A stretch of 64,000 nucleotides of DNA from Eledone cirrhosa (GCA_964016885.1 OZ024762.1:13826001-13890000), one strand, 5' to 3'. Counted from the stretch's first letter, positions 29,128-44,262 are shown. Numbers and translations are program-made. The notes: a model not told the origin generated them from the letters alone.

Positions 29128-29905
29128 CACCACCACCACAAACACCACCACCACCACCGCTACCAACCACCAACACCACCACCACCACCACCATCACCAC
29201 CACCACTACTACCAACACCACCACCACCACAAACACCACCAGCCACCAACACCACCACACTACACTACCACCACACCAACACCACCACCACAACCACCAC
29301 CGCCGCTACAGCACCATCACCACCACCACCACTACACTACCACCACACCAACACCACCACCACAACACCACCACCACCACTACCAACACCATCACAAAGC
29401 CCATCAACAACGCCACTACACTACCCACAACCAACACAAACACCACCACCAACACCACTACACTACCACCACAACACCACAACCAACAACACCACCAACC
29501 ACCAACACCAACACCAACACCAACCCCAGCAGCAACGCCACTACACTACCACCACAACACCACAACCAACAACACCACCAACCACCAACACCAACACCAC
29601 CAACAACACCACCACCAACACCACTACACTACCACCACAACACCACAACCAACAACACCACCAACCACCAACACCAACACCACCAACAACACCACCACCA
29701 ACACCACTACACTACCACCACAACACCACAACCAACAACACCACCAACCACCAACACCAACACCAACACCAACCCCAGCAGCAACGCCACTACACTACCA
29801 CCACCAACACAAACACCACCACCACCACCACCACCACCACTACCTCCACCACCTCCACCACCACCACCACCACCACTACACCACTACCCACAACAACACC
29901 AACAG
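29128..29905. repeat. (ACC/AAC)n low-complexity tract with a higher-order unit
   Basis: ccactacactaccaccacaacaccacaaccaac recurs. Confidence 0.9.
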
Positions 29906-30052
29906 CAATAACAACAAAAATTAATCACGCCAGCTTTCTTTGTTTCAGAATCAAATTTCCTTTTAGTTTTCCATAAAACAAGTTTGGAGTATCGCATAAC
30001 AAAATTGAATGTTTAATTGATCCAAATGGTTATATAAGCGTATAATATGGGC

Positions 30053-30099
<47 letters not shown>

Positions 30100-30185
30100 T
30101 GTATATATGTATATATATGTATGTATATATGTATATATATGTATGTATGTATATATGTATATATATGTATGTATGTAAATATATG

Positions 30186-30236
<51 letters not shown>

Positions 30237-30267
30237 ATATATATATATGTATGTATGTAAATATATG

Positions 30268-30346
<79 letters not shown>

Positions 30347-30403
30347 ATATGTATATATATATATATGTATGTATGTATATATGTATATATATATATATGT
30401 ATG

Positions 30404-30456
<53 letters not shown>

Positions 30457-30523
30457 GTATGTATATATATATATGTATGTATATATATATGTATGTATGT
30501 ATGTATATATGTATGTATGTATG

Positions 30524-30566
<43 letters not shown>

Positions 30567-30732
30567 GATAAAGGAAACAACCAAACAAACACAGGAATGC
30601 AAAAATACAGTTTTATATATATATATGTGTGTGTATATATATATACATATGTATATATATATATATATATAGTTAATAAATGAAAAACAAAACATAACAC
30701 GGGAATGCAAAAATATAGTAAGATATATTTAC

Positions 30733-30783
<51 letters not shown>

Positions 30784-30992
30784 TGTATGTATATGGGTGT
30801 ATGTGTGGGTGTATACATATATACGCGGACACCAGGCGACGAAGAAAGCCTTAAGAAATCCTCTTAAAGCTCTTATATTAATTTAATCACTGAATAGATC
30901 TTGTCACTCCTGTCAATATTGAGAAAAAAATTATATACATACACATATATCTATATTAACTAAACTACATCTTTCTGATTAATTGCTTTATG

Positions 30993-31393
<401 letters not shown>

Positions 31394-31480
31394 CACATAA
31401 CAAAGAAACTACTTCAATATGTCAATTGAAGAGGCAGTATTCTATATGTTTGTATATGTGTCTGCCCCTACAAATGTGTG

Positions 31481-31563
<83 letters not shown>

Positions 31564-32059
31564 CTGTATCTCTATCTATAAGCATGTGTTTCCTGGTTCA
31601 TGTTTTGTACATGTTTGTGCTACGAGGAAGTTTTTAAATATATATATATATATATATCTAATATATATCTTCAATTAAAATATACACAAAAATATAATAA
31701 AAAGCGGGGAAACAATGAGATAATAATGCCCCTGCCTCTATCCTACCATGACCACCCCTTCCATATATAAAATCCGATTACCTAGACATCATCTTCAGAT
31801 CATTACTAAAGGTCTGGAATTTGAGATGGGAACTAAAGTAATATATATACATATATATATGTGATTATCTTTCTGTCTATAGCTTTCACCCTCTCTCTCC
31901 CTCTCTCACCCTCTCTCTCTCTCCCTCTCTCTCTCTCTCTGTATATATATATACATATATACATGTGTATGTGTGGTGTGGCTTTTAAAAGTTGTTTGTA
32001 AGGAGTTGGTGAGATTTTAAACTCGGGACATTTGGAAGAGAGACACACGTTCGCATGCT

Positions 32060-32105
<46 letters not shown>

Positions 32106-32889
32106 TGTGTGTGTTGAACGGGATTGTAGGCCAAGACAAAACGTGGGGGGTGGGGTTTGGACTCAGCCACTTAGACAATTAGACATAAAGATATTCAGAC
32201 TACGCTATATACAAGACACATAACATGTCCGCCATTATCAATCACTCCATCAGTTGACTGGGAGCCGGCGTTTGTTTGTATCTGAGTACATCAACGCCAT
32301 GATTGAATTGTGTGTGAATTCAAGGGACACTACTCGTGCTAAGATAGATAAACAATGCCGCCATTACTCATGGCTTTGTGTATGGTTTTTGTAGTTTGGC
32401 ATCAAAGACTATCTTGAGTTTTAGTGAGATGACAAGTAAGATCTAGCAAGCGAAGTGAAAAGTCTTGTATAAAAAGATTTTCTTGGCACTGGAGTACAAG
32501 GAAGGTTTTATTTCTATGTCAGTGGGCGTCGTTTTTCTTTGTATTTTATTGTTGTTACGGTTGTTGCTGTAGTGGTTGTTGTGGGTATTGCTGTAGTTGT
32601 TATCATCGTTTTTCGGTTATTGTATGGACGTGTTTTCCGTCTGGTTGTCAGCATTGTTCCTAGATTATCGATGAAATTATTGTTAAGAATTGGCGGTAAC
32701 TCAGTGTCTTAAAAGAAAAAAAAGTTTTGTCTCTGACATATGACTCTCTTTCTCTCTCTAATATATATAAATTGATATAAATATATATTCTTTAAAAGAC
32801 TCCAGTTGCAATTTGGATTTCTTTTCCTTATATTTTCACCCGTGTCGGACATCTCTCATATTTTTAATTAAAAAATAAAAAATCGTTTT

Positions 32890-32988
<99 letters not shown>

Positions 32989-33071
32989 CTTTTCCACTCA
33001 CCCTCTTCGCCCGACCAGAGTCTGGTGAATGAACCGGTTTAGTCGCCGACTACCCGACCATAGAACATTTG

Positions 33072-33102
<31 letters not shown>

Positions 33103-33369
33103 GTATGTATATATGTATGTATATATATATATATGTATGTATGTATATATGTATGTATATATATATATGTATGTATATATATATATGTAAGTATATATAT
33201 ATGTATGTATATATATATGTATATATTGTGTGTGTGTAAGAATGGCATGGCTTTCCTTAGAGGAATATAATGGAGAAACAGTTAAATGAAGTACTCAATA
33301 CAATACGATAGAAGGGCATCTTTAATTCATTCAGACTGGAGTCGAGTTAATCGACTACAACCACTTCAA

Positions 33370-33535
33370 ATTGCTGGCCTTGTGCCTAAAGTAGAAACAT
33401 TTGTTATCGTTTTTATAATTTGCCTGTCATCCTTACGGGGTCGATAAAATAAAGTACCAGTAATGCACTGGTGTCGATTTAATCAACTTTCCCCTCCGCC
33501 CAAATTGCTGACCTTGTGCTTAAATCAGAAACCAT
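33370..33535 (+). mobile_element. Partial SINE family 1 copies
   Basis: Tail at 33370-33400; core and tail at 33419-33535. Confidence 0.75.
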
Positions 33536-34430
33536 TATTATTATCATCATCATCATCATCATTATTATCATTATTATTATCATCGGTCTGTTTGGACGTC
33601 TTTTTTGCTCGCTCCCAGTAAGTCGCTTTATTTACCTCTTATAATTATTTGTTGTTAAATATTTCTTATTGTGTAAGGGATATAAGCCCTTGGACTTTGC
33701 CCTGTGAAGGGGAAAGTATAATATTTGGGCCTTTTGGCCCAAATATTTGAACAATATTTGAACATTTAATTTCGAAAATTAAAAAAAAAAAAAAACATGG
33801 CTGAACCACGCCCCCCAACAATATGTCTGCTGTCGTGTGACAACGGCGTAAAAGTTGAGAGGAGGGTTAGTGAAATTCATACAACAAACACCACCATAAA
33901 CAACGTGAAAAAAGACAACAACACTGAAAACACTAATTTTTAAAACATTACCACACCAACTACAACAATAACAGCGACAACCAAAATACAGACAACAGAA
34001 AAAAATGACAACAAATGCAACAACGATATTAACACCACTAACAAGAAAATAAACAGCGACAACACCAACAGCAACAATACAAATTGCACCGAAAACAACA
34101 ACAACGGTGGCACCAAAAACACAACCAACTACAACAGTGATAACAGCAACAACAGCAACAACACTGTTTGTAGCAGTAACTACAGCACCAACATTATTAC
34201 TAGTATCATACTTAGTCTCGGCAAACCTTTTTCATCATCATCATCATCACCATCATCACCACCATCATCACCATCATCATTTTTGTTGATATAAAATGTA
34301 TGATATTTACATTTATTTATTTAACTATTTATTTATTTAACTATTTATTTATTTAACTATTTATTTATTTAACTATTTATTTATTTAACTATTTATTTAC
34401 TTTTCTCTTGTTTTGTTTTGTTTTTTGTAG

Positions 34431-34599
34431 ATTTCACAAAAACTATCAAAGGAATTCCTAACACGAATGCTCCAAGCGAAAAACATAACAGCCTTCCTTC
34501 CTTCAAATAAAGCTTTCTTAAACTTCAAGCCTGAAAAATATGGTTTCCCGTCTGTCTTAGACTATGATTCCTTGAGAACTATCATGAATTATCACATAG
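34431..34599 (+). CDS. Internal exon of a fasciclin (FAS1) domain protein (fasciclin-1/TGFBI/periostin-like)
   Basis: Long pyrimidine tract and tgtag acceptor; AG/gtaagt donor; 169 nt open in phase 0 to 1: ISQKLSKEFLTRMLQAKNITAFLPSNKAFLNFKPEKYGFPSVLDYDSLRTIMNYHI. It contains the FAS1 H1 motif (T-x-F-x-P-x-N-x-A-F) and the L-x-x-I-x-x-Y-H-I motif. Confidence 0.9.
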
Positions 34600-34622
34600 G
34601 TAAGTTATTATTATTGTGTTAA

Positions 34623-34812
34623 CGGGCGGTGGATTGGCAGTATCGGTATAGGGTCGTATGCCATGCTTTGACGCATAGAGTTACGGCCCTGGCCATTCTG
34701 AGTTCAAATCCTGCCGAGGTTAACTTTGCCTTTCATCCCTACGGGATCGATAAAATAAAGTACCAGTAATGCACTGGGTATGTGCTGGCCTTGTGCCAAA
34801 AGTAGAAATAAT
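34623..34812 (+). mobile_element. SINE family 1 copy, about 23 nt downstream of the FAS1 exon donor
   Basis: Full head (A and B boxes), core and tail. Confidence 0.9.
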
Positions 34813-35490
34813 TATTGTGTTAACTTTCTTCAAATCTGTTGGATACACGTGTCAATTATCTGTGTGTGCTGTGTTAGTTGCATTAAGAGGCCAGATTTAT
34901 TTTATCTGTTGTTTGTTGTATGCATATCTATCTATCTATCTATCTATAAAAGGTGGGTGAAAGTGGCGAGAATGGCCCGAGTGAATGGGCCTTCTCTCTA
35001 TATCAGCCTGTAGGTTGAAGAAAAAGAGGAGGAGAGGGAAGGAGTACAAACTCTTCGTACTCCTGGAGATGAGGGTTGCACATTTATTTTCGGGGGTATG
35101 TGTTACCCATATGAAATGTCTCCCCCTATTGGGGAAAATCGACTAATTTTTAAATTACATTTGTGATAATATTTTACACGTTTTTATTGTATGTAAACTT
35201 CCCCTTTTGTATTTGTGCCCCTGTGGCTCATAAAGAAACATATCTATAAATGTATATATATATATATATATATATGCAGAGGTTATATTTCATTTGTTGG
35301 GATTCAACAAACTTAAAATTTTTTATAACTGATATAAAGCACTCAACAAGTTAGTGGAGTAAATACACAATATATTACTAAATGGAAACTATATTTATAA
35401 AACCATATTTATTTTATTATATATATTTCAAGGGCAACCAAGGCAAATTATTTTCCGGGTATGCCAATATTTATTTATAAAACAAATCTG

Positions 35491-35556
35491 TATTTTATCT
35501 GATGAAAGCGCACCATAATTTGCCTTGGTTTCCCTTGAAATATATATAATAAAATA
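35491..35556 (+). ncRNA. Type I hammerhead ribozyme motif (family B), sense to the FAS1 gene
   Basis: tattttat-CTGATGA-aagcgcacca(loop)tggtttccctt-GAAA-tatat-ATA-ataaaata. Helix I is a perfect 8 bp, helix III is the palindrome ATATATAT, helix II is imperfect. Confidence 0.7.
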
Positions 35557-35595
35557 AATATGGTTTTATAAATATAGTTTCCATTTATTAATATA

Positions 35596-35633
<38 letters not shown>

Positions 35634-36077
35634 GGGGGAGACACAGAAGAGTGTTTTTCTTAACAGGAATTTCAAACCCTTAGTGTGAAGAGAATATAAG
35701 CTACTAGAGGCATAGGAAAAACATTAAAATTAAAAGTATAAATTAAAATGAGAAACCAACCTCATACCTAAGTCACACATATACAAACTCACTAGGAGAT
35801 TGTTTCGCCATTTAAGTGGGTTCCAATTCGGCCCTATGAACATATTTATATATATATATATATATATAATTGGAAAATTTAGTAAAATCGAATCTCTGGC
35901 GGTTGGCAAGCAAATTCGGCCTACTTATATGAAATGATGAGTTAGCAAAGCACTCGATAAGGTAGGTCCTTAGAGTAATAACATACGTTTAAATAGCTTG
36001 ACAAATCGAACATTGTGGTAGGCAAAATCTAACACACAATAATATACCCAAGAAACGATAGAACTAACAGGTGAGAA

Positions 36078-36108
<31 letters not shown>

Positions 36109-36685
36109 GTAATAAATTTGAAGACTAAAATCCAAAGAGGGCTCGATAAGGATAAATATATATCAAATATATAAGAACCTTCGAGCAAATATTTTAATAA
36201 ATATATATATATCCCTTTTGCTTATATATATATAGATGTAGTTTATCCAGATATAATCATGACAGAACGAATTATATATATACATATATATTTTTTTTTC
36301 TTGTGATATATAAGGAAGTTCTGTAATGTTTCTGCTGTGATGATACATTTGAAAAATATTCCTGAAGAACTCCAAGAACAAAGAAGCAAGAACAGAATGT
36401 CAAAAATCGAAAATAACATTACAGAAAACAAAACAAAAATTAATGGAACAGAAAGAATATAATTTTAAAAGGCAAAGAATCGTATAGACTACAAACACAC
36501 ATGCTCACAAATACGTACATATATATGTAACTCTCTCTCTCTCTCTATAGAGAGAGAGAGAGAGAGAGAGAGAGTGAGATATCCATATATATATTTGTGA
36601 ATATTTTCATTTATATATATGTATGTATGTATCCATATTTATATATACATTCATGTTTTATTTATCATCTACCTATCTATCTCTT

Positions 36686-36739
<54 letters not shown>

Positions 36740-36756
36740 CACACACACCCAGACCG

Positions 36757-36812
<56 letters not shown>

Positions 36813-36856
36813 TGTATAATGATCTCTCTCTCTCTGTATATATATATATATATATA

Positions 36857-37045
36857 AATAAACTGTACACATACATCCACACATGTATACATGCATGAGT
36901 ATATACATATATATATATATATATATATAAACTGTACACATACATCCACACATGTATACATGCATGAGTATATACATATATATATATATATATAAACTGT
37001 ACACATACATCCACACATGTATACATGCATGAGTATATACATATA
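36857..37045. repeat. Three-copy tandem repeat with (TA)n spacers
   Basis: aaactgtacacatacatccacacatgtatacatgcatgagtatatac three times. Confidence 0.92.
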
Positions 37046-37679
37046 TATATATATATACAGTATAAATTTAGAATTAAAACAAAAAGGAAGATCAAGAGTA
37101 GATAACCCCTGCAGCTAAATCGAGTGATTACTGCAATAGGGATTCGGTACAAAAAGGACATCAACTAACAGGAAACAACATTAGTTGGAATGGAAGAAGA
37201 AAGGAAGAAAGACACACACACACACACTCATACACACGCATACACACACATACGTTCATACACATACACACATTCACATACGTTCCCATACACTCACAGA
37301 AATACACACGTATACGTTGATATATGTTTTGTGTGCGTATTTTTGTGCGCGTGTGTGTTTAAGCATACATAATAGTATATATATATACATGTGTATGTAT
37401 ATATATATATATATATATATAGTTAGATATTGATATATATATGTGTGTGTGTATATATATATATAGAGAGAGATAGATAGATAGATATAGAAATATATAT
37501 ATATATACACAGACACACACAAACAATCAACATATATATATATATATATATACATATATGCATTTCTGTGTGTATATATATATAAGTAGAAACAAATATA
37601 TATATATATATATATAAACACACACAGAAATACGTATATGTATATACACATAAACATGTATGTATACTAACACTAACAG

Positions 37680-37735
<56 letters not shown>

Positions 37736-38167
37736 GTTTGTTTGTGTGTGTGTGAGCTTTTGTGTGTGTGTGAGAGAGATTTTTTTTGATGTGTGAGGAT
37801 GTATATGTCTGTGAGTGTGTCTGTACGTGAATATGTGTGTGTGGGCGTGTTGGTGGGTGTGTGTGACCAGATAATGTCAGTTGTATTTCCTGTGTACCCA
37901 GCATCCTAAACACTCAAATCTTCATTAATTCCGAAGTTGACAAACCTAAACTAGAACAAAGAATTCCTTTGACAAATTTCTTCACTTACTGACTGGAACC
38001 ACTGGCAGAATAGAAACTATTTCCCCCTCACATGTAGGAACTTCACACACCAGCACATATATAGATAGACACACACATGACATATTTACAGACATAAATG
38101 CACACACACGCACACACACGCGCGCACACACACACACACATATATATAAACATATATATATATAAAC

Positions 38168-38194
<27 letters not shown>

Positions 38195-38198
<4 letters not shown>

Positions 38199-38346
38199 GT
38201 ATGACCCCGACGGCAGAAATAGCCGACGAAACGGCTTGAGCTCTGCCGTCGGGGTCATACTTTTTCCTATTTCCCACTCTACTACCCTAAGTATTGAGTA
38301 CTCTGGTGCGTTACGGTCCATCTGGTTCTTTACCACAATTCCTTTG

Positions 38347-38348
<2 letters not shown>
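38195..38348 (+). mobile_element. Family A element with a short fold-back; its 3' end is stuttered twice more in the following (TA)n
   Basis: Homologous to the 22592 copy; tttaccacaattcctttgtt is repeated at about 38380 and about 38415. Confidence 0.82.
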
Positions 38349-38380
<32 letters not shown>

Positions 38381-38435
38381 TTACCACAATTCCTTTGTTA
38401 TATATATATATATATTTACCACAATTCCTTTGTTG

Positions 38436-38480
<45 letters not shown>

Positions 38481-38608
38481 GAGAGAGGGAGAGAATCCCG
38501 GGTTCAATCGGAGGTAGCCGCAGTAATTAAGGCGTATGGTGCTCAAAAGATTAATATGGTATATAGGAGTTTTAAATAAACCTGTCTCAACTGAATATGG
38601 CCTCCGAT

Positions 38609-38654
<46 letters not shown>

Positions 38655-38781
38655 GTGTGTGTATATATATATATAGTAATAATAATAAATTTGAAGACTA
38701 AAATCCAAAGAGGGTTCGATAAGGATAAATATATATCGAGTATATTTATCCTTATCGCTTAAACTTTAATCTGTTATTTTA

Positions 38782-38821
<40 letters not shown>

Positions 38822-38823
<2 letters not shown>

Positions 38824-39028
38824 CGAAGGGGTTGTGGTAAGAAACCATATGGACCATAACGCACCAGAGTACTCAATACTTAGGGTAGTAGAGTGAGTAA
38901 TAGGAGAAAGTATGACCCCGACGGCAGAGCTCAAGCCGTTTCGTCGGTTATTTCTGGACTAAAGCCTTTAGTCCAGAAATAGCCGTCGGAACGGCTTCAG
39001 CTCTGCAGTCAGACTCATACTTTCTCCT
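38822..39028 (-). mobile_element. Family A fold-back element
   Basis: Homologous to the 22592 copy and (TA)n-flanked. Confidence 0.85.
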
Positions 39029-39269
39029 ATATATATATATATATATTGTTATACTTGGGTCGTGGGTCGTATTGTTGTAATAATATTGCCAGAAATAATA
39101 ACAGAACACGCTATGGAGATATATAAGATACAGAAGCGAAAAGCAACCAAACAGTGAGTGTGTTCTGTAATTATTTCTGGCAATATTATTATGACCCTCC
39201 CCCAAGCATAACATTTGTTTCGACACACGATTTCATATAAAAAAACCTTGCAAAACAAATTCATCCTCG

Positions 39270-39413
39270 ATTGAGTTAGAAACTCAAAGTAGTCTTTTAC
39301 AATTAAATAGCTCAAGGAAGGGAATCTTTCCGAGCCGTGTAATACGGGTCGGAAAGATTCCCTTCCTTGAGCTATTTAATTGTAAAAGACTATTTTGAGT
39401 TTCTAAACTCAAT
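39270..39413. repeat. Fold-back with arms of about 65 bp
   Basis: ttagaaactcaaagtagtcttttacaattaaatagctcaaggaagggaatctttccga and its reverse complement around a gtaat loop. Confidence 0.92.
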
Positions 39414-39855
39414 CTATGATATTCTCGGCTCCATACGTAGAGATAAATTTAGTCTCATAACACCGGCTGCTATTTTTAGCGCATGCGTATCAGATGCGCT
39501 AGGCGCTGCAGCATGAGCTTTTATATCAACATATAGTTCAGTCTTCTTAGATCTTTTGAAGTGAAAGGTACGAATTTCATGGATACCCGCAGAAGAGTGC
39601 AGGAATGGTGGCTTTCACTTAATAATTCTTGCGAAACAGGTTTTAGATCTGTCCGAGTATTGAAGGCAGTTGCCCGATATAGGTTTGTTATTTTTATTGA
39701 TTTATTACTTTAAATCGAGACAGGCAAACCATATTGTTTTAAATTAGTATTTTTTCAACTAGCTAACTTGGTCATTTGCAATTGGAACACATGTATACTT
39801 ATATCGGTGTTCATCCCTCTCATATATTCAATTGTATATATATATATATATATTG

Positions 39856-40070
39856 TGGAGGCGCGTTGCTGAGTGGTTAGAGAATTGGATTCACAATCGT
39901 GAGGATGTGAGTTCTGTTCCCGAAGCGGGCGATGCGTTATGTCCTTGAGCAAGACACTATTTCACGTTGCTCCTTCTACCTGGAGTTGCGACCGATAGAT
40001 AGTATTAGCAATTGGAAAGACCAATGGAAACATTGTTTCCTCGGTCCGATTTGACGAAAGTCGATCGATA
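39856..40070 (+). mobile_element. tRNA-derived SINE family 2 (CORE-like segment)
   Basis: tRNA-like head (ttgctgagtgg...gagttctgttccc) and tgtccttgagcaagacact; second copy at 50654. Confidence 0.8.
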
Positions 40071-40315
40071 AATATATATATATATATTGAAGGATGAGTA
40101 TTTAGACTTTATTTTATTCTAAGTTAAGGCTCTTTTGATTTTTCCCTGGATGTCACAAAATTTTATGGATTAATCTGTGTCTTGATTCTCTTTGAATTGA
40201 GTTTGAATTATTTTCCCACATCTTACGATAACTATTTTTCCACTTTGACGTTATAGTGACATATATTATGAAATACTGTTGGCTTCACGCTCACAATAAT
40301 TTCTATACTTTAATT

Positions 40316-40350
<35 letters not shown>

Positions 40351-40519
40351 AATGGTTTAAAATCCAGAAACACTTCATTTCAGAACTAAATATTTCGGAC
40401 ATGCATCTTCGTCAGTTCTGAATAATCAAAAATATATTTATAATAATAATTCTGATTATAACTAATAAGTTGATAAGATTTATTTTTAGTTGAGTAATAA
40501 TAATAATAACATTGATAAT

Positions 40520-41150
40520 TGTTTTGGCAGTGGTGTTGGGGAAGTTGTCGGTGGTGGTGGTGGTGGGGGTAGTGGTGGAATTGGTGGTGGTTGTTTTGGA
40601 AGTGTTCGTGAAGGTGTCGTTAGTGGTGGTGTTGTTTTTGGTGGTGGTGCTGGTAGTGGTGGGGCTTGTGGTGGTGGTTGTGTTGGTAGTTTTATTGATG
40701 GTATTGTTGGTGTTGATGGTGGTGGTGTTGGTGATGGTGGTGGTTGTTGTTGGTGGTGGTAGTGGTGCTTGTGGTTGTGTTGGCGGTGTTGTTGATGGTA
40801 TTTTTTGTTGGTGTTGGTAGTGGTTCTTGTTGTGTCGGTAGTGCTAGTGGTGGTAGTGGTGGCGTTGCTGTTGTCGTTATTGTTGTTGGTGGTGGTAGTG
40901 GTGCTTGTTATGTCGGTAGTGGTGGTGGTCGTGGTGGTGTTAGTAGTGGTGGCGGCAGTGGTGTTGTAGTTATGGTTATTAGTAGTTGTGTTATTAGCTG
41001 TGGTGCTTTTAGTAGTGATGGAAGTTGTGGTGGTGGTGGTGTTAGTGGTGTTGCTGATGATAGTAATGGTATTGACGTTGATATTGAGGGCAGTGATTGT
41101 ATGATGATAGTAGTAGTAGTAGTAGTAGTGGTAGTAGTAGTAGTAGTGCT
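40520..41150. repeat. (GGT/GTT/GTA)n low-complexity tract
   Basis: Direct inspection. Confidence 0.9.
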
Positions 41151-41688
41151 AGTTTTACATAAAACTTAGCCAAAACGAAATAAAGAAAAGTCTATTATGC
41201 GGCAAATCTGAAGTTAGAATCATTTGGCGATAAATCTTCATGATAAAATATTATGAAAGACAAAGTAATTAGAGCTTAAAATAAATTATAAATTTTATGA
41301 AATAATCTACGTCACTCCTAGTATTGCGTTCGTTACGAATTTCTGGACGTAATGATCTGACAGAATATGTGTGATGTGTGTGTATATATGTATATATATG
41401 TGTCTTTAAACACACACAAATATGTATTTATGTATGTGTGTGTGTATATATATATATAGAGAGAGAGATAGAGAGAGAGGGAGATGTGTGTGTATGTAAG
41501 TAAATATGCATATGCACACACATATATCAGTATGTATGTATATATATGTATGAAACTATATATATATGTATATATATATATATATGTGTGTGTATGTATA
41601 TATATGTGTGTGTATGTATATATAAGTATATATGTATATATAAATATATATGTATATATATATATAAATTTATATATATATAAATTTA

Positions 41689-41730
<42 letters not shown>

Positions 41731-42173
41731 AATGTATTTATGTGTATATATATATATTTAAATGTATATATGTATATATATATATATTTAAATGTATATA
41801 TGTATATATATATATAAATGTATATATGTATATATATATATATAAATTTAGATATGTATATATATAAATATATATGTGTATATATATATATGTATATATA
41901 TATATATGTATATATATAAATGTGTATATGTATGTATATATATGTGTGTGTGTGTGCGTGTGTATATATATGTGGTTAGTGTAGGAGACAGATAAGAGCT
42001 ATGGGGTATGTTTAAATCTGAAGGAACTTAAAGAGTTCTCAATTATCTCAGTTGTTAGAGTCAATTAGATGTCTTTGATGAAAGATACAGAACACATTGA
42101 CTATGTCAGTGATTATATGTGTGTGTGTATATATATATACATATATATATATATATGTATTTATATATACACG

Positions 42174-42204
<31 letters not shown>

Positions 42205-42316
42205 ATATATATGTATATATATATATATGTGTATATATATATAATATATATGTATATATATAATATATACATATATATACATAATATATATATATATGTA
42301 TATATATATGTATATA

Positions 42317-42382
<66 letters not shown>

Positions 42383-42516
42383 TATATATTATATATATAT
42401 ATAATATATATATATATGTGTGTGTGTATATATATATATATGTGTGTGTGTATATATATATATATGTGTGTGTGTGTGTATATATATATATGTGTGTGTG
42501 TGTATATATATATATA

Positions 42517-42555
<39 letters not shown>

Positions 42556-42864
42556 AAATATATATATATATATGTGTGTAAATATATATATATATATGTG
42601 TGTATATATATATATATATATGTGTGTATATATATATATATATGTGTGTATATATATATATATATATGTGTGTATATATATATATATGTGTGTATATATA
42701 TATATATGTGTGTATATATATATATGTGTGTATATATATATATGTGTGTATATATATATATATATATGTGTGTATATATATATATATATATGTGTGTATA
42801 TATATCTATATATATATATGTGTGTGTATATATATCTATATATATATATGTGTATATATATATC

Positions 42865-42895
<31 letters not shown>

Positions 42896-42914
42896 GTATA
42901 TATATATATGTATA

Positions 42915-42945
<31 letters not shown>

Positions 42946-43334
42946 GCTGCACGTTTCTTCACAACATACACTCAATCAAATTTTTCCATGGAAGTTTTCT
43001 CCAATCCGAAGATTTTAGTAAAAGCCACTTGACGAAAGTGACACGTGCTCGGCTCGGAACCGGAAACACTCGATTGTGCATCTACTGGGCACCTTAGTTC
43101 TAGGTGTTTCACACGGCCTTACAACACCCGGCAAAAATTCTAGGGTTTTAAATTAAAATTGTAGAGAATTAGATTCTGTATGTCAAACCTTCCCATCCGA
43201 CTATTTCAACAATTACACCACAGCTTCTTTTCCGGCTTCAAACTTTATTTATCGACCCTGAAAGGATGAACGTCAAAGTTTTCTTTCGACAATTTAGTTT
43301 AGAGCGACAGATCTCGGAAATTTCAATAAGATTA

Positions 43335-43555
43335 ATGACGTGGTTTCAATTCCTAGTCTGGGTTATGTGTTGTGTTCTCGAGTTATGTGTTGCCCCAGTA
43401 TACTCATCTGAAAATCGGTACCGGCAATATCTGAGGGTTTAACCTTGCAATGGATTGGCGTCCTGTCCAGGGGAAGTCTTGTACTCTCTGTCGCTTTACG
43501 ACATAATACCGGGATAAGCACCTGCCTAATGACTCTGCTGGCTTAACTCAGACGT
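43335..43555 (+). mobile_element. SINE family 3 (Nin/Deu-domain-like), degenerate
   Basis: aaccttgcaatggattggcgtcctgtccagggg...accgggataagcacc; homologous to 52058-52317. Confidence 0.7.
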
Positions 43556-43726
43556 TAAAGTTTAGAAGCGGCCAATTTAATACCTTATTAGTTCTACCAA
43601 CTCATTGTACACTAAACATTACCAACACAAACAACTACAACAACCACAACAAGAACATATTTATATATAAAGATAGCTTTAATATTGAACTCTCTCACTG
43701 TTCTTCTTTTTCTTCTTTTTTTCCAG

Positions 43727-43827
43727 TAAATGGGATTATTACAAAATGGCGGATACGTACAAACAATTTCGCGATTTCAAAAGCTGGAACGAAAGTCTAT
43801 TTCAACAACTACGAATCTATGACAGAC
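43727..43827 (+). CDS. Next exon of the FAS1 domain gene
   Basis: ttcttttttcttctttttttccag-type acceptor and gtaagt donor; 101 nt, phase 1 to 0. It joins in frame to give YHI-V-NGIITKWRIRTNNFAISKAGTKVYFNNYESMTD, matching the FAS1 pattern YHIV-x-G...S/T-x-x-G-x-x-V/L-x-F. Confidence 0.88.
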
Positions 43828-43950
43828 GTAAGTACCACATTATCAATATATTATCAATATATCATATTGTTACTAATAATAGAACGTGCTTTTGTTAATG
43901 ATGTCTATGAAACTGTCACCTTTTTAATGCATTACTAATACCATGTGTTA

Positions 43951-43994
<44 letters not shown>

Positions 43995-43999
43995 GGATC

Positions 44000-44038
<39 letters not shown>

Positions 44039-44226
44039 ATCTATGTATATATATATATATATAGATGCATATTTGTATATATTTATATGTGTGTATGTAT
44101 GTATATGGATGATGAGAATCGATCTTATAACATTGTTTCACTCAGATTTTCTTATACCATTGCTCATGTATAATTCCTACAAACCGGCAGAATGTGGATA
44201 CATTTGTCTCGGCAATATATCACCCT

Positions 44227-44262
<36 letters not shown>

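Noticed and set aside
32355-32435. Signal-peptide-like MPPLLMALCMVFVVW or an exon ending at gtaaga
   Set aside because: The ATG frame stops before the donor, and the open frame ends in phase 1, incompatible with the 34431 acceptor.
39856-39930. tRNA genes in SINE heads (also 50800-50870, 52250-52317 and 15861)
   Set aside because: A- and B-box-like motifs are present but I could not build a cloverleaf, and most continue into SINE bodies.
40379-40425. Hammerhead-like motifs at 40379(-), 13206(+), 44365(-), 45172(-), 45885(-) and 53268(+)
   Set aside because: Each lacks at least one required element (GAAA, NUH register, or helix I or II); at most decayed relics.
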